Positions 34,235-44,873 of a stretch of DNA of 64,000 bases are shown here, one piece after another. The DNA lies in IMG/VR virus record IMGVR_UViG_3300036766_002288, positions 1 through 64,000 of that record, one strand, 5' to 3'. The notes beneath the pieces were generated by a model. The model made no database searches, was not told where the DNA came from, and worked only from the letters and a program-made list of their open reading frames with translations. This DNA comes from a virus. Within the stretch, counting starts at the first letter, position 1. Each line of letters opens with the position of its first letter. The translations under genes and the position numbers were made by a program.

Positions 34235-34744
34235 TTAACTCTTCGGTCCTCTCTTCAAAGGCACAGGCTTCAGCTTTTCCATGTGACGGTCTGGTTTACC
34301 TTTAAGTTCGTGCATCATATTATAGACTTGTTTTGTAATTTCGAAAGCGTTCTCGCCTTTGCACTTCTCACTTGATTGCACACTAATTGTTTTTCTGTCT
34401 TTATTATAGAAGCCTTTGGACACTACGAAGCATTTGTGGGCAGGATTCCATGATACCACACAGACCCATTCGCCATCGTCCCAATTCCTGCTAGAGACCA
34501 ATACTCTTATTGGATTTTCGCCATAAACATGTTTAATATGGAAATTATGCTGTTTCAAGCCCGCCGAAACATACCCCAAAGCGATTTTGGCAAAACCATC
34601 TAGCACTTCATCTGGTTTGCTGCGGAAATTGACTTCGATGCTATATCTGGTGGCATTTGAACTCTCATTTAGCTCATCAGCCTGGACCATTAATAAAATA
34701 TCACCGACAGCGTGTTCATCAATATAATCTCTGAAATTTAGCAT
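34235..34744 (-). CDS. putative virion-internal protein
   Basis: start moved to ATG 34744 (MLNFRDYIDE) to avoid overlap with the divergent gene. Confidence 0.6.
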   Translation of the reverse strand: MLNFRDYIDEHAVGDILLMVQADELNESSNATRYSIEVNFRSKPDEVLDGFAKIALGYVSAGLKQHNFHIKHVYGENPIRVLVSSRNWDDGEWVCVVSWNPAHKCFVVSKGFYNKDRKTISVQSSEKCKGENAFEITKQVYNMMHELKGKPDRHMEKLKPVPLKRGPKS

Positions 34745-34765
34745 ATCCACATTATATATATCTTC

Positions 34766-35080
34766 ATGAAGACTTTTAGAGAATGGGTTAAAAAAAGAAT
34801 TGATGAAGATGGGACTTTTACGAATCCTATGGATATTCAGCAAGCTGTAGGTAATGCTTTGAACCCCACTCCTGGTGGTAATCTTAACCCAAACTTAATA
34901 GCTACACAATTCGTGCAGAAAATGAGTAAACCTGTTCTACAAGCTATTGCAAACAATCCTGTAATGCAGAAGCTCCAAGCTGCACAAACACTAGCCAATA
35001 AGAAGGCAACTCCAAACCAAGTAGTTGCGCCGACTACAATGGCAAATCCAGTCACCCCAGGCGGACTGAACTATAATTAG
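34766..35080 (+). CDS. putative virion-internal protein (Gln/Asn/Pro-rich)
   Basis: MKTFREWVKKRIDE start. Confidence 0.65.
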   Translation: MKTFREWVKKRIDEDGTFTNPMDIQQAVGNALNPTPGGNLNPNLIATQFVQKMSKPVLQAIANNPVMQKLQAAQTLANKKATPNQVVAPTTMANPVTPGGLNYN

Positions 35081-35979
35081 TCCATAGTAATTCCTAGAGT
35101 TGGTCCGTCTCCCCATCTGTAGATTAGGTCTTGACGCCAATCTTTAAGTCCCTCTTTGGATTCCTGTAGTAAAGCGGGACCGTCTAGTTGAACACCGCCA
35201 TTAGGCCCTGGAATGTTAGTCCATTTGCCACGAACACGTCCCAACATCGCCATAGCGTGATAAAAAGAACCAGTTATCATGGCGGTTGTAACCTGTTTAA
35301 AATCTGGTTTTTTCTGTAAGTAGTGAACCATTACGGCATTACATCCACACGGGGTAGGGTATAGTTTGATATTACAATAGCCATCAACCCATTCCCAGCC
35401 ACCTAACTGACTTGCCAATCTGTTATACATCTGTTCATACTGCTTATAAAGCACCCATTCTCCTGCTCTACCATAGATTGGAGTATTAGGGTCCATTAAA
35501 CCGCCCTGTATACTTGAATAAGCACCACCTGGGTAGTAGTATTCTATGGGAAGTACGCCGCCGATATCTGAGCCATTGAATGTAATATTAGGTTGTTCAC
35601 GGTAGTATACCATACGAATGAAGCCAACATCGGGGGGCATTGTATAAACGCTCTTGCCAGGTTGCGTATTGAATACATAATAGGTGAAATATTCACGACC
35701 TGCATATTCTTCAAACTCTAATAAGGCAAGGTCAACTGCTGCGTCTAATTGTTGGTCGTCTAATTCTATCTTAATGACTGGCGCACCTAATTGAAGAAGC
35801 ACTAAGTCTTTGATTTGCTCACGTACAATTTCACGACATGGACGCTTACCTATTTTACCACAACAGGCTGGCCCTGTTAAACCATTAGGGAACCCAGAGC
35901 CGTTGCCACTACATTGGTTGGCCTGAGATTGGCTAGGTCGGTTAATAAACAAAGTATTGTTGTTACAACTATTTGACAT
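35077..35979 (-). CDS. neck protein, T4 gp13-like
   Basis: IKDLVLLQLGAPVIKIELDDQQLDAAVD.AL..F.EY; LGRVRGKW...GGVQLDG..L. Confidence 0.82.
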   Translation of the reverse strand: MSNSCNNNTLFINRPSQSQANQCSGNGSGFPNGLTGPACCGKIGKRPCREIVREQIKDLVLLQLGAPVIKIELDDQQLDAAVDLALLEFEEYAGREYFTYYVFNTQPGKSVYTMPPDVGFIRMVYYREQPNITFNGSDIGGVLPIEYYYPGGAYSSIQGGLMDPNTPIYGRAGEWVLYKQYEQMYNRLASQLGGWEWVDGYCNIKLYPTPCGCNAVMVHYLQKKPDFKQVTTAMITGSFYHAMAMLGRVRGKWTNIPGPNGGVQLDGPALLQESKEGLKDWRQDLIYRWGDGPTLGITMD

Positions 35980-36029
35980 TAACTGTATATATAATTGTTA
36001 AGAGGAAATATAGAATAGGGAGAGATAAA

Positions 36030-39000
36030 TTGTTTATTAAACCTTTTGAATTTGAGAGTTTTTTCAATAAAGACTGGAAGAAATTTATAGAGTCAGCCCT
36101 TTTTGAGGCACATCACAAGGCAAAAGAAGCCCTAAGTATGGGTGGTGGTGAAGTTCCAAAGATGCATTTCTTACCAGGAGACTATACAAAAGACCAAAAA
36201 TATTTTACACAATTCCATCCAGAGGCACTTGGTCATGCAGCAAAACAGAGATATGCGGATGACTTACTCAAGATGGGACAACATTGGGACGTAACTGGTA
36301 AGTTACCAGAAGACATGGATCGGGCGGAAGGTGGTTTTAGAACAATTATCAAAAAACCAGGGAGAAAAAGTGCAGAGGAAAGTGGTATTGACCGTTTTCG
36401 CGTCTATAAGCATGTATTAAGTGATATTCTAACTCCTGAAGAATACGCTGATTTGGATGACGAACAAAAAAAGGCATATGATGAAGCACCAACTGAAAAA
36501 GTGAAAGACGAAGAAAGCGGAGAAATGGTGCCAAAGAAGTTATTAAAGATTTACACAGGGCATTCACATCTTGCTAAAGCTCTAAGTGCGCCTGCAAAAA
36601 TAATTTCCAACCAACACGAATACGAAGGCAATACAAAATTCAAGCCAGGCATAGGCTTAAATGATATTAAAATGCACGATGCAGAAGGAAATGTAATAGA
36701 ACCAGACCCACAGCATGTTAAAGATTATTTGGCATCGGGTCATGGCCCATATGATTATGATCTTGGTAAGGTTCGCATGGTTCCAAAAGAACTTTATGAA
36801 AAATTATCTGACGATGAAATTATTGAAAGAATGCATCCAAAATGGAAGTCTTTATATGCACATATTGCAAAAGACCCAAATTGGACTAATATGCGTGATT
36901 CACTAAGGCACGGCGATAAGAAAATCGTTCGTGAAATCATGAGTAAAAACAAAAGTTTCAAAGAACTAAGTAACGCTATTGACAAAACAAAAAAGAAGAT
37001 GCAGGAAGAACCTGGACATAGCATGGCTGGTTTTGAGCCAATTAAGACCGAAAAAGCAACTTCTTTCATGAGTGATTGGATGCGAGCTAGTGCATTGGGC
37101 CTTTTGGGGCCTAGATTAAAAGAAGGAGAAATGGTAAAAGACCCTGTAACTGGAAAGAAAGTTCCAGTGCATCTAATGCCATCTGAAGAAGCTAGTAAAT
37201 ATTTTGGTGGTAGGAATTTTACAGCTGGTTTTCATGCTGGTTTATCGAGAGGCAGCAAAGATGGCAAAAAAGCACATCCAGGCGAACACATTAATCTAGA
37301 AATCCCTGTAATCCCAAGAATGGTTTCTTGGGAAGACCAAAGTGTGAGTGGTGCATCTTTAGGACATGAGCAGAAAAAGATATGGGTTCCTTATTTGTAT
37401 GATGCTAAAACTATACCACATATTCCTTGGAATACAGAACAAAAGGCTATAATGGCACACCGCAAAAATCCAGATTTGTTGCCTGGATTCGGTGATTCAG
37501 ACAAACCATTAACGCCCGAAGAGAAAGAAAAATTAACGGCAGCTTATGAAGACGCCATTAATAATAAAAATTCTAAAGGTGAGCCAACTGCCCAAGCATC
37601 AAAACTAAAACAAGACTCTACGTCCATTGATATTACTAATATAATGAATAATTGGGATTTGTTAACTCCAGAACAAAGAGAGCATGTCGTCAAGAATTCT
37701 AGGAGCTTATTGCAACACGCAAAAGCCATGCATGGAAAATTTGACACAGCGTCAGCTTCCGATAAGTATTCCCACTCAAACTACAGTCACGGACTTGGAT
37801 ATGACGTAAACAAAAGCAGTATAGGTTCTGCATACTTGCATTTAAATGAAGCTCATAGGAAAGCAGTTATAGATAAATATAGCAAGCAAATGGCTGAAGA
37901 AGCAACCAAGGGTGTTTATGGTTGGTTATATGGTTCTAAAGCCGCTGGCGCTATTATGCAAGGTGGAAAACAAGGAGATGAACAAAAACTATCTCAATCT
38001 GCACTTGTGCCGCAATATATTAAGGCCGCGATGGAAAACGTTACTCCAGAACTTATTGAGATTTCCAAATATTATCTCATGACATGGTTAAACGACTATT
38101 GGGTTGGTATTGACGATTCATCTGTAGGTTTAAATGCGGTCAAAGCACCTGCAATTATAGCCAATCCAGAGATTGCAACTAAAGAAAGAATAAATAAAGT
38201 TATATCACTAATGGCCACTCTATCACAAGGAGCAATTAGTAATGCACCACCAAGAAGGGCAAGAACAAAATTTGGCCATCAGACAGGTGCGACTTCTGAC
38301 ATTGGTGGGGATACAGACATTACTAATTTAACTTCTAAAGAAGATCAACAAAAGAAATATGGTCAGTGGCAACAAGATTGGTGGACAAATCGTCTCGCTA
38401 AGCATCCTGGGGAAAAAGTTGGAATGTCATGGAAAGGCAACTTAGGTGAATTCACGTTGCCTAAAATTGCCGAAGGTATCCGCCAAAGAGTTAAAGATTC
38501 CTTGGGCGGTGCTGCTAGCGCAGAAGTTGATAAAGCTATGGCAAAAGCTACAAAAAGAATGCAAATTGCTATTGAGGCAGCACAAGCTTTAACAGGTTAT
38601 TATGATAACGAATATTCGTTAGAAAAAAACGAAAAAGGTGAGCCAAAATATACAGAGGAAGAATTGGAAAAAATAGTAGACGAGCGTGTTAAAAAAGAAC
38701 TTCCAGAAACATTGGCAAAACAAGCGCCAGAACTATTCGCAAATATGAGTAAAGATGAAAAAGAAGATTTAGAAACAAGATTGAGAGAAAAACAACAATC
38801 TGCTGGCTCAATGTATCTGCATCACGATTCTGAAAAAGAAACTCCAGAATATATTAAAGAATTTGAAGAAGCTATGAATGAATTCTGGAGTAATGTTGCC
38901 ACAGAAGAATCAGCATACATGCCAAAATACGATGAAACTAATAAAAAGTTTATAGATGATACTTATAAGATTTACTTACCAGATTTTTGGAAAAGAGGTG

Positions 39001-39578
39001 AGACAGTAAACGCGGCGGACATTATTAAAAAAATAAGTGCCGTATACAGTGCTGTTTCACCTAATCCAGGGTCGAAAATGAAGGCAGTCATTAATAAAAA
39101 CTTAATGGCTAACGCATTTGATATTTATAAGCAAATTCTTCTTGACGCACACCAGGCTTCAGGCAAAACTGATGAACAAATGAAGCAAGAACTACAACAG
39201 GCTGGCTTAGGTACGGCGCATGATGAACCTGTTAAGGCCCCTCTACAAGCCCAGCCAATGCAGCAACAACCACAAGTAGCGGCTGTTGCTGCTAATGAGG
39301 TAGATGCTGTATTGGTTAATCTAGCTAAATATGATAGTGCAGCAGAATTCATAAAATTAGCTAATCAAATATTGACGAATGCAGATGAATTAAAGCAAAG
39401 TCCTAATCATGCTCTAATCGCGGACAAAATATTCCAGGCATTAGAAAAATGGAAAATCCGTAGAAATGAAAAAATGATTCAAAACTCTAAAGCAGGAATA
39501 CTGCCTGATATGGCAGAAACAAATGCTGTAAATACAGCATACAAGAAATTGAGAGACCTACATCAAACTTTGGCATAA
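36030..39578 (+). CDS. very large (about 1180 aa) putative virion-internal or ejected protein
   Basis: long charged ORF; probable TTG start at 36030 after GGGAG; FESFF...WKKFIESALFE N-terminus. Confidence 0.7.
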   Translation: MFIKPFEFESFFNKDWKKFIESALFEAHHKAKEALSMGGGEVPKMHFLPGDYTKDQKYFTQFHPEALGHAAKQRYADDLLKMGQHWDVTGKLPEDMDRAEGGFRTIIKKPGRKSAEESGIDRFRVYKHVLSDILTPEEYADLDDEQKKAYDEAPTEKVKDEESGEMVPKKLLKIYTGHSHLAKALSAPAKIISNQHEYEGNTKFKPGIGLNDIKMHDAEGNVIEPDPQHVKDYLASGHGPYDYDLGKVRMVPKELYEKLSDDEIIERMHPKWKSLYAHIAKDPNWTNMRDSLRHGDKKIVREIMSKNKSFKELSNAIDKTKKKMQEEPGHSMAGFEPIKTEKATSFMSDWMRASALGLLGPRLKEGEMVKDPVTGKKVPVHLMPSEEASKYFGGRNFTAGFHAGLSRGSKDGKKAHPGEHINLEIPVIPRMVSWEDQSVSGASLGHEQKKIWVPYLYDAKTIPHIPWNTEQKAIMAHRKNPDLLPGFGDSDKPLTPEEKEKLTAAYEDAINNKNSKGEPTAQASKLKQDSTSIDITNIMNNWDLLTPEQREHVVKNSRSLLQHAKAMHGKFDTASASDKYSHSNYSHGLGYDVNKSSIGSAYLHLNEAHRKAVIDKYSKQMAEEATKGVYGWLYGSKAAGAIMQGGKQGDEQKLSQSALVPQYIKAAMENVTPELIEISKYYLMTWLNDYWVGIDDSSVGLNAVKAPAIIANPEIATKERINKVISLMATLSQGAISNAPPRRARTKFGHQTGATSDIGGDTDITNLTSKEDQQKKYGQWQQDWWTNRLAKHPGEKVGMSWKGNLGEFTLPKIAEGIRQRVKDSLGGAASAEVDKAMAKATKRMQIAIEAAQALTGYYDNEYSLEKNEKGEPKYTEEELEKIVDERVKKELPETLAKQAPELFANMSKDEKEDLETRLREKQQSAGSMYLHHDSEKETPEYIKEFEEAMNEFWSNVATEESAYMPKYDETNKKFIDDTYKIYLPDFWKRGETVNAADIIKKISAVYSAVSPNPGSKMKAVINKNLMANAFDIYKQILLDAHQASGKTDEQMKQELQQAGLGTAHDEPVKAPLQAQPMQQQPQVAAVAANEVDAVLVNLAKYDSAAEFIKLANQILTNADELKQSPNHALIADKIFQALEKWKIRRNEKMIQNSKAGILPDMAETNAVNTAYKKLRDLHQTLA

Positions 39579-39579
39579 T

Positions 39580-39759
39580 ATGGAAGAATTATCTTTTAAA
39601 AAATGGTTGATGGAGATGGGTGGCGCAACCGATGCCATAGTCGGCAGTTGCGCCTCAACTGCTGACTACCAAGTTCAAGGTGCGTGTAGTGATTTAAAAG
39701 CAAGAAAACCCAAGAGAAAAAAGAATGAACAATCTATCCCAGATGCTACAAAATCCTAA
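39580..39759 (+). CDS. small putative virion-internal protein (59 aa, not in track)
   Basis: MEELSFKKWLMEMGG... Confidence 0.5.
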   Translation: MEELSFKKWLMEMGGATDAIVGSCASTADYQVQGACSDLKARKPKRKKNEQSIPDATKS

Positions 39760-39982
39760 AACAATGGTTTTGAGAAAATTCATGGTAGAGGTTTTAGGTA
39801 ATAAAATCGTAAATTATGAAGACTTGTTAACTAGAATTGGGGTTAATTTGGTTACGGAGAGTGACCTTCAAGCATTTACACACATGATTAATGACATATT
39901 GGGCGTGGGTTATCTAAAAGCAGTCACGGATTACAGGACTCAATTAAACGATATGGGTATTGAAGTTACTATCAAGGAATAA
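39725..39982 (+). CDS. hypothetical protein
   Basis: ORF. Confidence 0.55.
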   Translation: MNNLSQMLQNPKTMVLRKFMVEVLGNKIVNYEDLLTRIGVNLVTESDLQAFTHMINDILGVGYLKAVTDYRTQLNDMGIEVTIKE

Positions 39983-40493
39983 AGTTCGGCTGATAATCAC
40001 TTATCTGTGACGTAACTATCCAGAAATTACTATCTCCATAACTTTCATTACTTTTAATTCTCCACCATCTCCTATCTGTATTCAGTGGAAAAATAACAGA
40101 GTTTTCAGGAACTTCCTGTTTGGTGATTAGTTTTAAATAAAGGTCCGTTGTTTCGTAAACTTTAGCTTCAAAAGTAAACTTATCACCATATTTTATTCTA
40201 TTGTAGTTGGACCCATAAAGCGGATCAACTTTGGTAATAACGGTAGCAGGAAGACACCACACATCAAATACGTCCACATCCTTTTCAGTACTTTCTTTAG
40301 ACTTTTCTATTACTATCCCAGCTTCTTTGATTTCGACCTTAATTTTTTCTGGTTCGGGTTGACTATAGGTTCTTTGCCCAAATTTGTTGTGGAACTTAAT
40401 CTCTTCGCTTTTCGGCCATAGCGATTGGGAATTCATTACAGGATTTGGCTTGCTGTAGCAGTATATGCTACCGTCCTTATTTTTGATGGCCAT
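39972..40493 (-). CDS. possible divergent gp14-like neck paralog
   Basis: N-terminus MAIKNKDGSIY matches MTIKNCDGTPY of 41154; DPLYG...KFTFEA...IFP...WWRI. Confidence 0.45.
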   Translation of the reverse strand: MAIKNKDGSIYCYSKPNPVMNSQSLWPKSEEIKFHNKFGQRTYSQPEPEKIKVEIKEAGIVIEKSKESTEKDVDVFDVWCLPATVITKVDPLYGSNYNRIKYGDKFTFEAKVYETTDLYLKLITKQEVPENSVIFPLNTDRRWWRIKSNESYGDSNFWIVTSQISDYQPNFIP

Positions 40494-40532
40494 AATTTAA
40501 CACTTTTATAGGAATATAACTAAGCTATATGT

Positions 40533-41144
40533 ATGTATGATCCTAATTATCATAAAAACCGAGCCGAAAAACGTAAACTAAGAGGCCAATGCAGATATTG
40601 TGACAGCACAATATGTGCTAATTCCACAGTATCATGTAGTGCTTGTCTTAAAAGGTATAATAACTATAAGAAAAGAAGAAGGGTATTCGAGATATGCAGA
40701 AATTGCCCCAATAAAATCAGTAAAAGATCAAGTTGCCTATGTGATATGTGTCTCGATAAAAATAAGACAAGGATACACGGTTATGTGACAGATATAGACG
40801 AAACTTCTATAGCTAGAAGAAAATATGCTTCAATCAAGTCAAGTGCCAAAAAAAGAGATATTGATTTATCATTAAACATTAGTGAATTTATTGACTGGTA
40901 TATATCGCAACCTCCTGAATGTTATTATTGCGAAATACAGATCAACGAACTTAAAAAAATAAAAAGAAAAAAATCAATAATGACAATAGACAGAAAAGAA
41001 AACTCTCTTGGCTACACTTTGGACAATATTTGTCTGGCTTGTTTTCGCTGTAATAATATGAAAAGCAATTTTTTCAAGAGTAATGAGTGGAAAGAAATAG
41101 CATCCAAATACATTGTGCCAAGAATCAATGAGTATCATGCATAA
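40533..41144 (+). CDS. HNH-type homing endonuclease
   Basis: Cys-rich N-terminus; CYYC...TIDRKENSLGYTLDNICLACFRCNNMK. Confidence 0.85.
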   Translation: MYDPNYHKNRAEKRKLRGQCRYCDSTICANSTVSCSACLKRYNNYKKRRRVFEICRNCPNKISKRSSCLCDMCLDKNKTRIHGYVTDIDETSIARRKYASIKSSAKKRDIDLSLNISEFIDWYISQPPECYYCEIQINELKKIKRKKSIMTIDRKENSLGYTLDNICLACFRCNNMKSNFFKSNEWKEIASKYIVPRINEYHA

Positions 41145-41153
41145 ATAACTTAT

Positions 41154-41741
41154 ATGACTATTAAAAATTGCGACGGAACGCCTTATCAACTTTCTGGTTC
41201 ATTAGACCTTTTCGACCCAACAAGTCCAGATCATGCGCTTGTAAGTTCTTTTGATTCCCAGCTTATTGATATAGCAGGCTCACCTATATTTTACTACGAA
41301 GTCTTTATACAGACTCATAATACTTTAGATAGGTTATATCGTGAAGATCGCGGAAAGATTTTCTCTAACAACCCAATACAACTAAAAGGCTACTACGAAC
41401 CTATACCTTCTCAGAACTTCATCAACCAGTTTGGTATTGATGCACCAGATGAATTAAAGATTCAATTTAATTACAATGACGTGCTTAAAGCCATAGGTCA
41501 TCCGCCAAAGGTTGGGTCTAGAATTTTTACACCACTTAAATCTGAAAATTGGGTTGTTATTCAGAGAAATGCAGGGGACTTCTTCTTATATGACCAGTTA
41601 AGATTAACGCTTATAGTTCAGAGATTCCAGGAATCTGTTTCTACTGGCGAAGGTCGTGTTACTCAGAAACGACCCGACATTAACTTAAATACAGGTAGTG
41701 CAATAGTGGACAATAATAGCAACAATATAAAATGCAAATAA
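41154..41741 (+). CDS. neck/head-completion protein, T4 gp14-like
   Basis: GSPIFYY...LYREDRGK.F...I.LKGY....FGIDAPDEL...PKVGSRIF; CATAAATA at 41140. Confidence 0.72.
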   Translation: MTIKNCDGTPYQLSGSLDLFDPTSPDHALVSSFDSQLIDIAGSPIFYYEVFIQTHNTLDRLYREDRGKIFSNNPIQLKGYYEPIPSQNFINQFGIDAPDELKIQFNYNDVLKAIGHPPKVGSRIFTPLKSENWVVIQRNAGDFFLYDQLRLTLIVQRFQESVSTGEGRVTQKRPDINLNTGSAIVDNNSNNIKCK

Positions 41742-41750
41742 GGATAAGTT

Positions 41751-42857
41751 ATGACGAACATGAAAGATGTAAATGCAGAGAAGTCTCTAGTCGAATGCCA
41801 AGATAGAGACAACGTAAACTCTGTAAACATTGATCCAGTTCCAAAACAATGTGACGATAATTGGCCTTCTCAGAAAAGAGTCCCAAGGAATCCACCTTTA
41901 GATTGGCGTCAAGTGCCCAAAATACCTGATACCAAACTAGGACAAACTGGAAACTGTGACCCTATTCAAACTGGTCAAATCGTAAATGATCTAGACACAC
42001 CAAACAGAGAAGTGGTTTATCGTTATGCTCGTGGCATACGTGCTAATGATGAAGCAATGTTGGATACATTTAGAAATATAAAAGTAATTGATGACCAAGG
42101 CCAGCAACACACTATTCCAATTATATGGGCCAGTCAAGAAAAAGCAGTAGATATGATACTGCAAGATAACGTTAGAAAAGATAATTCTTTAGTAGTTGAC
42201 AGAATCAGGCTCCCAATCATGGCGATTTGGAATAATGGCATGACTCCAGACCTAAAAAGATTTACTTACCAAAAAGCATACTCAATATTGCCTTGGTTAA
42301 GCATGGACGGGCATAGTCCTGGGTTTACTCAGCAAGAAAAATATCAGAAAGATACTTTTTTCGGGGTTACTAGAGGTTGGCCAGTAGACATAAGTTATGT
42401 TTTATACATATGGACTCTTTACGAAGAGGACATGAATCAAATTTTGGAACAATGTTTCTTAAAATTTTCTTCTGTTGCGTATCTACAAGTGAAGGGCGTT
42501 TATTGGGAAGTTATTGTTACACTGGATAGTACAGCCAACAATATTGACTTAGAACCAGGGGATGCCAAGGTCAGAGTTCTTAAATATCAACTCAACATGA
42601 CAGCAAAAAGTTACATTCCGCAGCCAATTTATAGGCTCAAGCATCTTCCACCGTCTATATGTTCAGACCCAACGGCCAAACCTGATGACTTAGTATTTCC
42701 AAGAACTCCTATGGCTCCTGACCTGGAAAATCCAGAAATGCCAGCAGGCGTCCCGATGAATACTATGGAAGTGATGACAGATGAAGAAATGAGAAAGGCT
42801 ATTGCGGAAGTCCGCAATAACTTAGCAGAACTTGAAAAATCTTTAATACAGAAATAA
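41751..42857 (+). CDS. tail terminator/sheath stabiliser, T4 gp15-like
   Basis: IPIIWASQEK, RLPIMAI, PVDISYVLYIWT...DMNQILEQ. Confidence 0.75.
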   Translation: MTNMKDVNAEKSLVECQDRDNVNSVNIDPVPKQCDDNWPSQKRVPRNPPLDWRQVPKIPDTKLGQTGNCDPIQTGQIVNDLDTPNREVVYRYARGIRANDEAMLDTFRNIKVIDDQGQQHTIPIIWASQEKAVDMILQDNVRKDNSLVVDRIRLPIMAIWNNGMTPDLKRFTYQKAYSILPWLSMDGHSPGFTQQEKYQKDTFFGVTRGWPVDISYVLYIWTLYEEDMNQILEQCFLKFSSVAYLQVKGVYWEVIVTLDSTANNIDLEPGDAKVRVLKYQLNMTAKSYIPQPIYRLKHLPPSICSDPTAKPDDLVFPRTPMAPDLENPEMPAGVPMNTMEVMTDEEMRKAIAEVRNNLAELEKSLIQK

Positions 42858-42859
42858 TT

Positions 42860-44116
42860 ATGAAAAAAACAGCACTAATAGGTCCAGCGGGCAAAGGCCC
42901 GATAAACACTCCAATATATGTTCACAACATACAAGAACTAGTTGATAATTTTGGGAGTCATTCAGACTTGGTAAGTACTGCTCAACATCTAATATTTTCT
43001 GGGCATACTCCTTTGATAGTAAGGGTGGCGGGGCCTCAATCTTTACAAACACCGTATGTGAGAATAAAAGACAAAAATCAAAAACTATGCATGGTTATTG
43101 GTGCTGACTCCCCAGGTTCAGAAGGCATCTTAACCAGCATAGATGTGAGTCATAATCAAGACGATACATTCAATTTAGAAGTTTATAACAGCGGTCAACG
43201 AGTAGAGTTTTGGGGTAATCTAAATTTACAGTCCGTCGAAGAGACAATTAATCTAGCTTCCAAGTGGATTAATTTAAAAATAGTAAACAAATCTTTACCC
43301 CCTCCTAAACTCTACCAATTAAAATGTGAAGAAAACTTATTCAACCCTCGCAAGGAAGATGAGCCTCACATATATTTAAATGGCCTAAGAACTTTAGAAG
43401 ATTTTGATATAGAATTTATTTCGATGCCAGGCTGTAGTTCAATCAAGGCTATTAATTTCGCCATAGAGCATTGTGAAGAAAGGGATCGAATTTTAGTAAT
43501 AGACTCCCCAAAAGGCTATAAGCTTTTGGAGACCTATAAATACTGCAAATATTTGACGCCATCGGACAACGCAATGATTGCATGGCCTTGGGTTCTTAAC
43601 AATAAATCATTCGCACCGCCTTCTGGGGTGATTCTATCCAATTTATTAAGTTGGTCCTTTGTGTGGCAACCTGGAAAATTAAAACTAACTGGCATTACTG
43701 GTACAGAGTTCGAGGCATTCTCAGATGAACTATCTTACATATCAAAAGAAAAACACATTATAAATATAATCAAAACAAACCCAGATTCTGTGATTAATAA
43801 CGTATTAAAAACACTGGATGGAAACAAAGTTTCAAAAAGAAGGCTATTAGCTGGTGTAAAGAGAGATATCAAGAAGGCGACCGTCGATTTGTTGCAGAAC
43901 TATAAGCCCACAGACCCTATCTTCAGGGGTAAATTTATGAGTGTAACCGAGTATATACTTAACCAGATCAGGGAGGATCAAGGAATTAATAATTCCTTGA
44001 TCCAGGTGAACGAATTGACAAAAGAGGAAGAATTTTCAGTAAGTATAGGGGTTCAACTAATAGATACTCTAGAATTTATAAATATCGAGTTTAAATTTCT
44101 TGATATAGGGGGATAA
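42860..44116 (+). CDS. tail sheath protein (gp18-like, compact)
   Basis: ALIGPAGKGPINTPIYV...EL..NFG, ISMPG, IDSP, AWPWV, APPSG. Confidence 0.75.
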   Translation: MKKTALIGPAGKGPINTPIYVHNIQELVDNFGSHSDLVSTAQHLIFSGHTPLIVRVAGPQSLQTPYVRIKDKNQKLCMVIGADSPGSEGILTSIDVSHNQDDTFNLEVYNSGQRVEFWGNLNLQSVEETINLASKWINLKIVNKSLPPPKLYQLKCEENLFNPRKEDEPHIYLNGLRTLEDFDIEFISMPGCSSIKAINFAIEHCEERDRILVIDSPKGYKLLETYKYCKYLTPSDNAMIAWPWVLNNKSFAPPSGVILSNLLSWSFVWQPGKLKLTGITGTEFEAFSDELSYISKEKHIINIIKTNPDSVINNVLKTLDGNKVSKRRLLAGVKRDIKKATVDLLQNYKPTDPIFRGKFMSVTEYILNQIREDQGINNSLIQVNELTKEEEFSVSIGVQLIDTLEFINIEFKFLDIGG

Positions 44117-44138
44117 ATAAAGATTAAGGAGATTCAAA

Positions 44139-44804
44139 ATGGCATGTGATATTGATACGTTAGACGAAGCTGCCGTAAGAACCGCTGCCGACCCGAATGA
44201 TTTATGCGGTGGTAATAAGCCTATGGGTCTTGGTGCATTGGGTAACGGAAGTATTATATTCAAACGAAAATTTCGTTGGACTTTGGAAATAGAATATTGC
44301 TGTAATAGTGATGGACCCCCTAAAGTCGTAGCTAAAGAATTCGTTAAAACTGGCAATAGACCACAAATTGAGTTTGATGAAGTTCAAATTGATTACTTGA
44401 ACGCCAGAACGTGGATTCCAGGCAAAGGCGTCTGGCAACCAATAGAGTTCACTTATTATGACGTTGCTGGGAACACAGCTGGAGTTGGTATTAATACAAG
44501 TTCCATTTTAGGTTGGATTGCAAGTATTTATGATTTCAATGAACCAGTATGTTTACCAATGAATAGTGCATTGCAAGCATATGAAGGTATCGGAAGACTT
44601 ATTCTATGGGATGGTTGCGGCAATCCTTTGGAAGGTTGGATATTAAGACATATGTGGCCAAAAACAGTTAATTGGGGTGATTTGGATATGACTAGCAATG
44701 ATGAATGCACAATCACATTGACGATGAGATATAGTGATGTATCCTACATTAGTTATTGCCCAGCACAAACTCTGGACAAGTGCCCATGCATTCCATGTCC
44801 ATAA
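44139..44804 (+). CDS. tail tube protein (gp19-like) 1
   Basis: KRKFRW, RPQIEFDE..I.YLN...WIPGK..WQPI..T.YD, WP..VNWGDLD, ITLTMRY; GATAAATA at 44112. Confidence 0.85.
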   Translation: MACDIDTLDEAAVRTAADPNDLCGGNKPMGLGALGNGSIIFKRKFRWTLEIEYCCNSDGPPKVVAKEFVKTGNRPQIEFDEVQIDYLNARTWIPGKGVWQPIEFTYYDVAGNTAGVGINTSSILGWIASIYDFNEPVCLPMNSALQAYEGIGRLILWDGCGNPLEGWILRHMWPKTVNWGDLDMTSNDECTITLTMRYSDVSYISYCPAQTLDKCPCIPCP

Positions 44805-44819
44805 TTTCATTAAGTTTCG

Positions 44820-44850
44820 AAGAGGGGCGAATTTTCGTCCCTCTTTTTTT
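44820..44850 (+). terminator. intrinsic terminator
   Basis: AAGAGGGGCGAA-tt-TTCGTCCCTCTT followed by a T-run. Confidence 0.75.
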
Positions 44851-44873
44851 ATATATAAACAAAGAGGTATTAT

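Noticed and set aside
36030-39578. Tape-measure protein
   Set aside because: It lacks the Ala/Gly-rich repeats and TM segments typical of tape measures and is not downstream of the chaperone.
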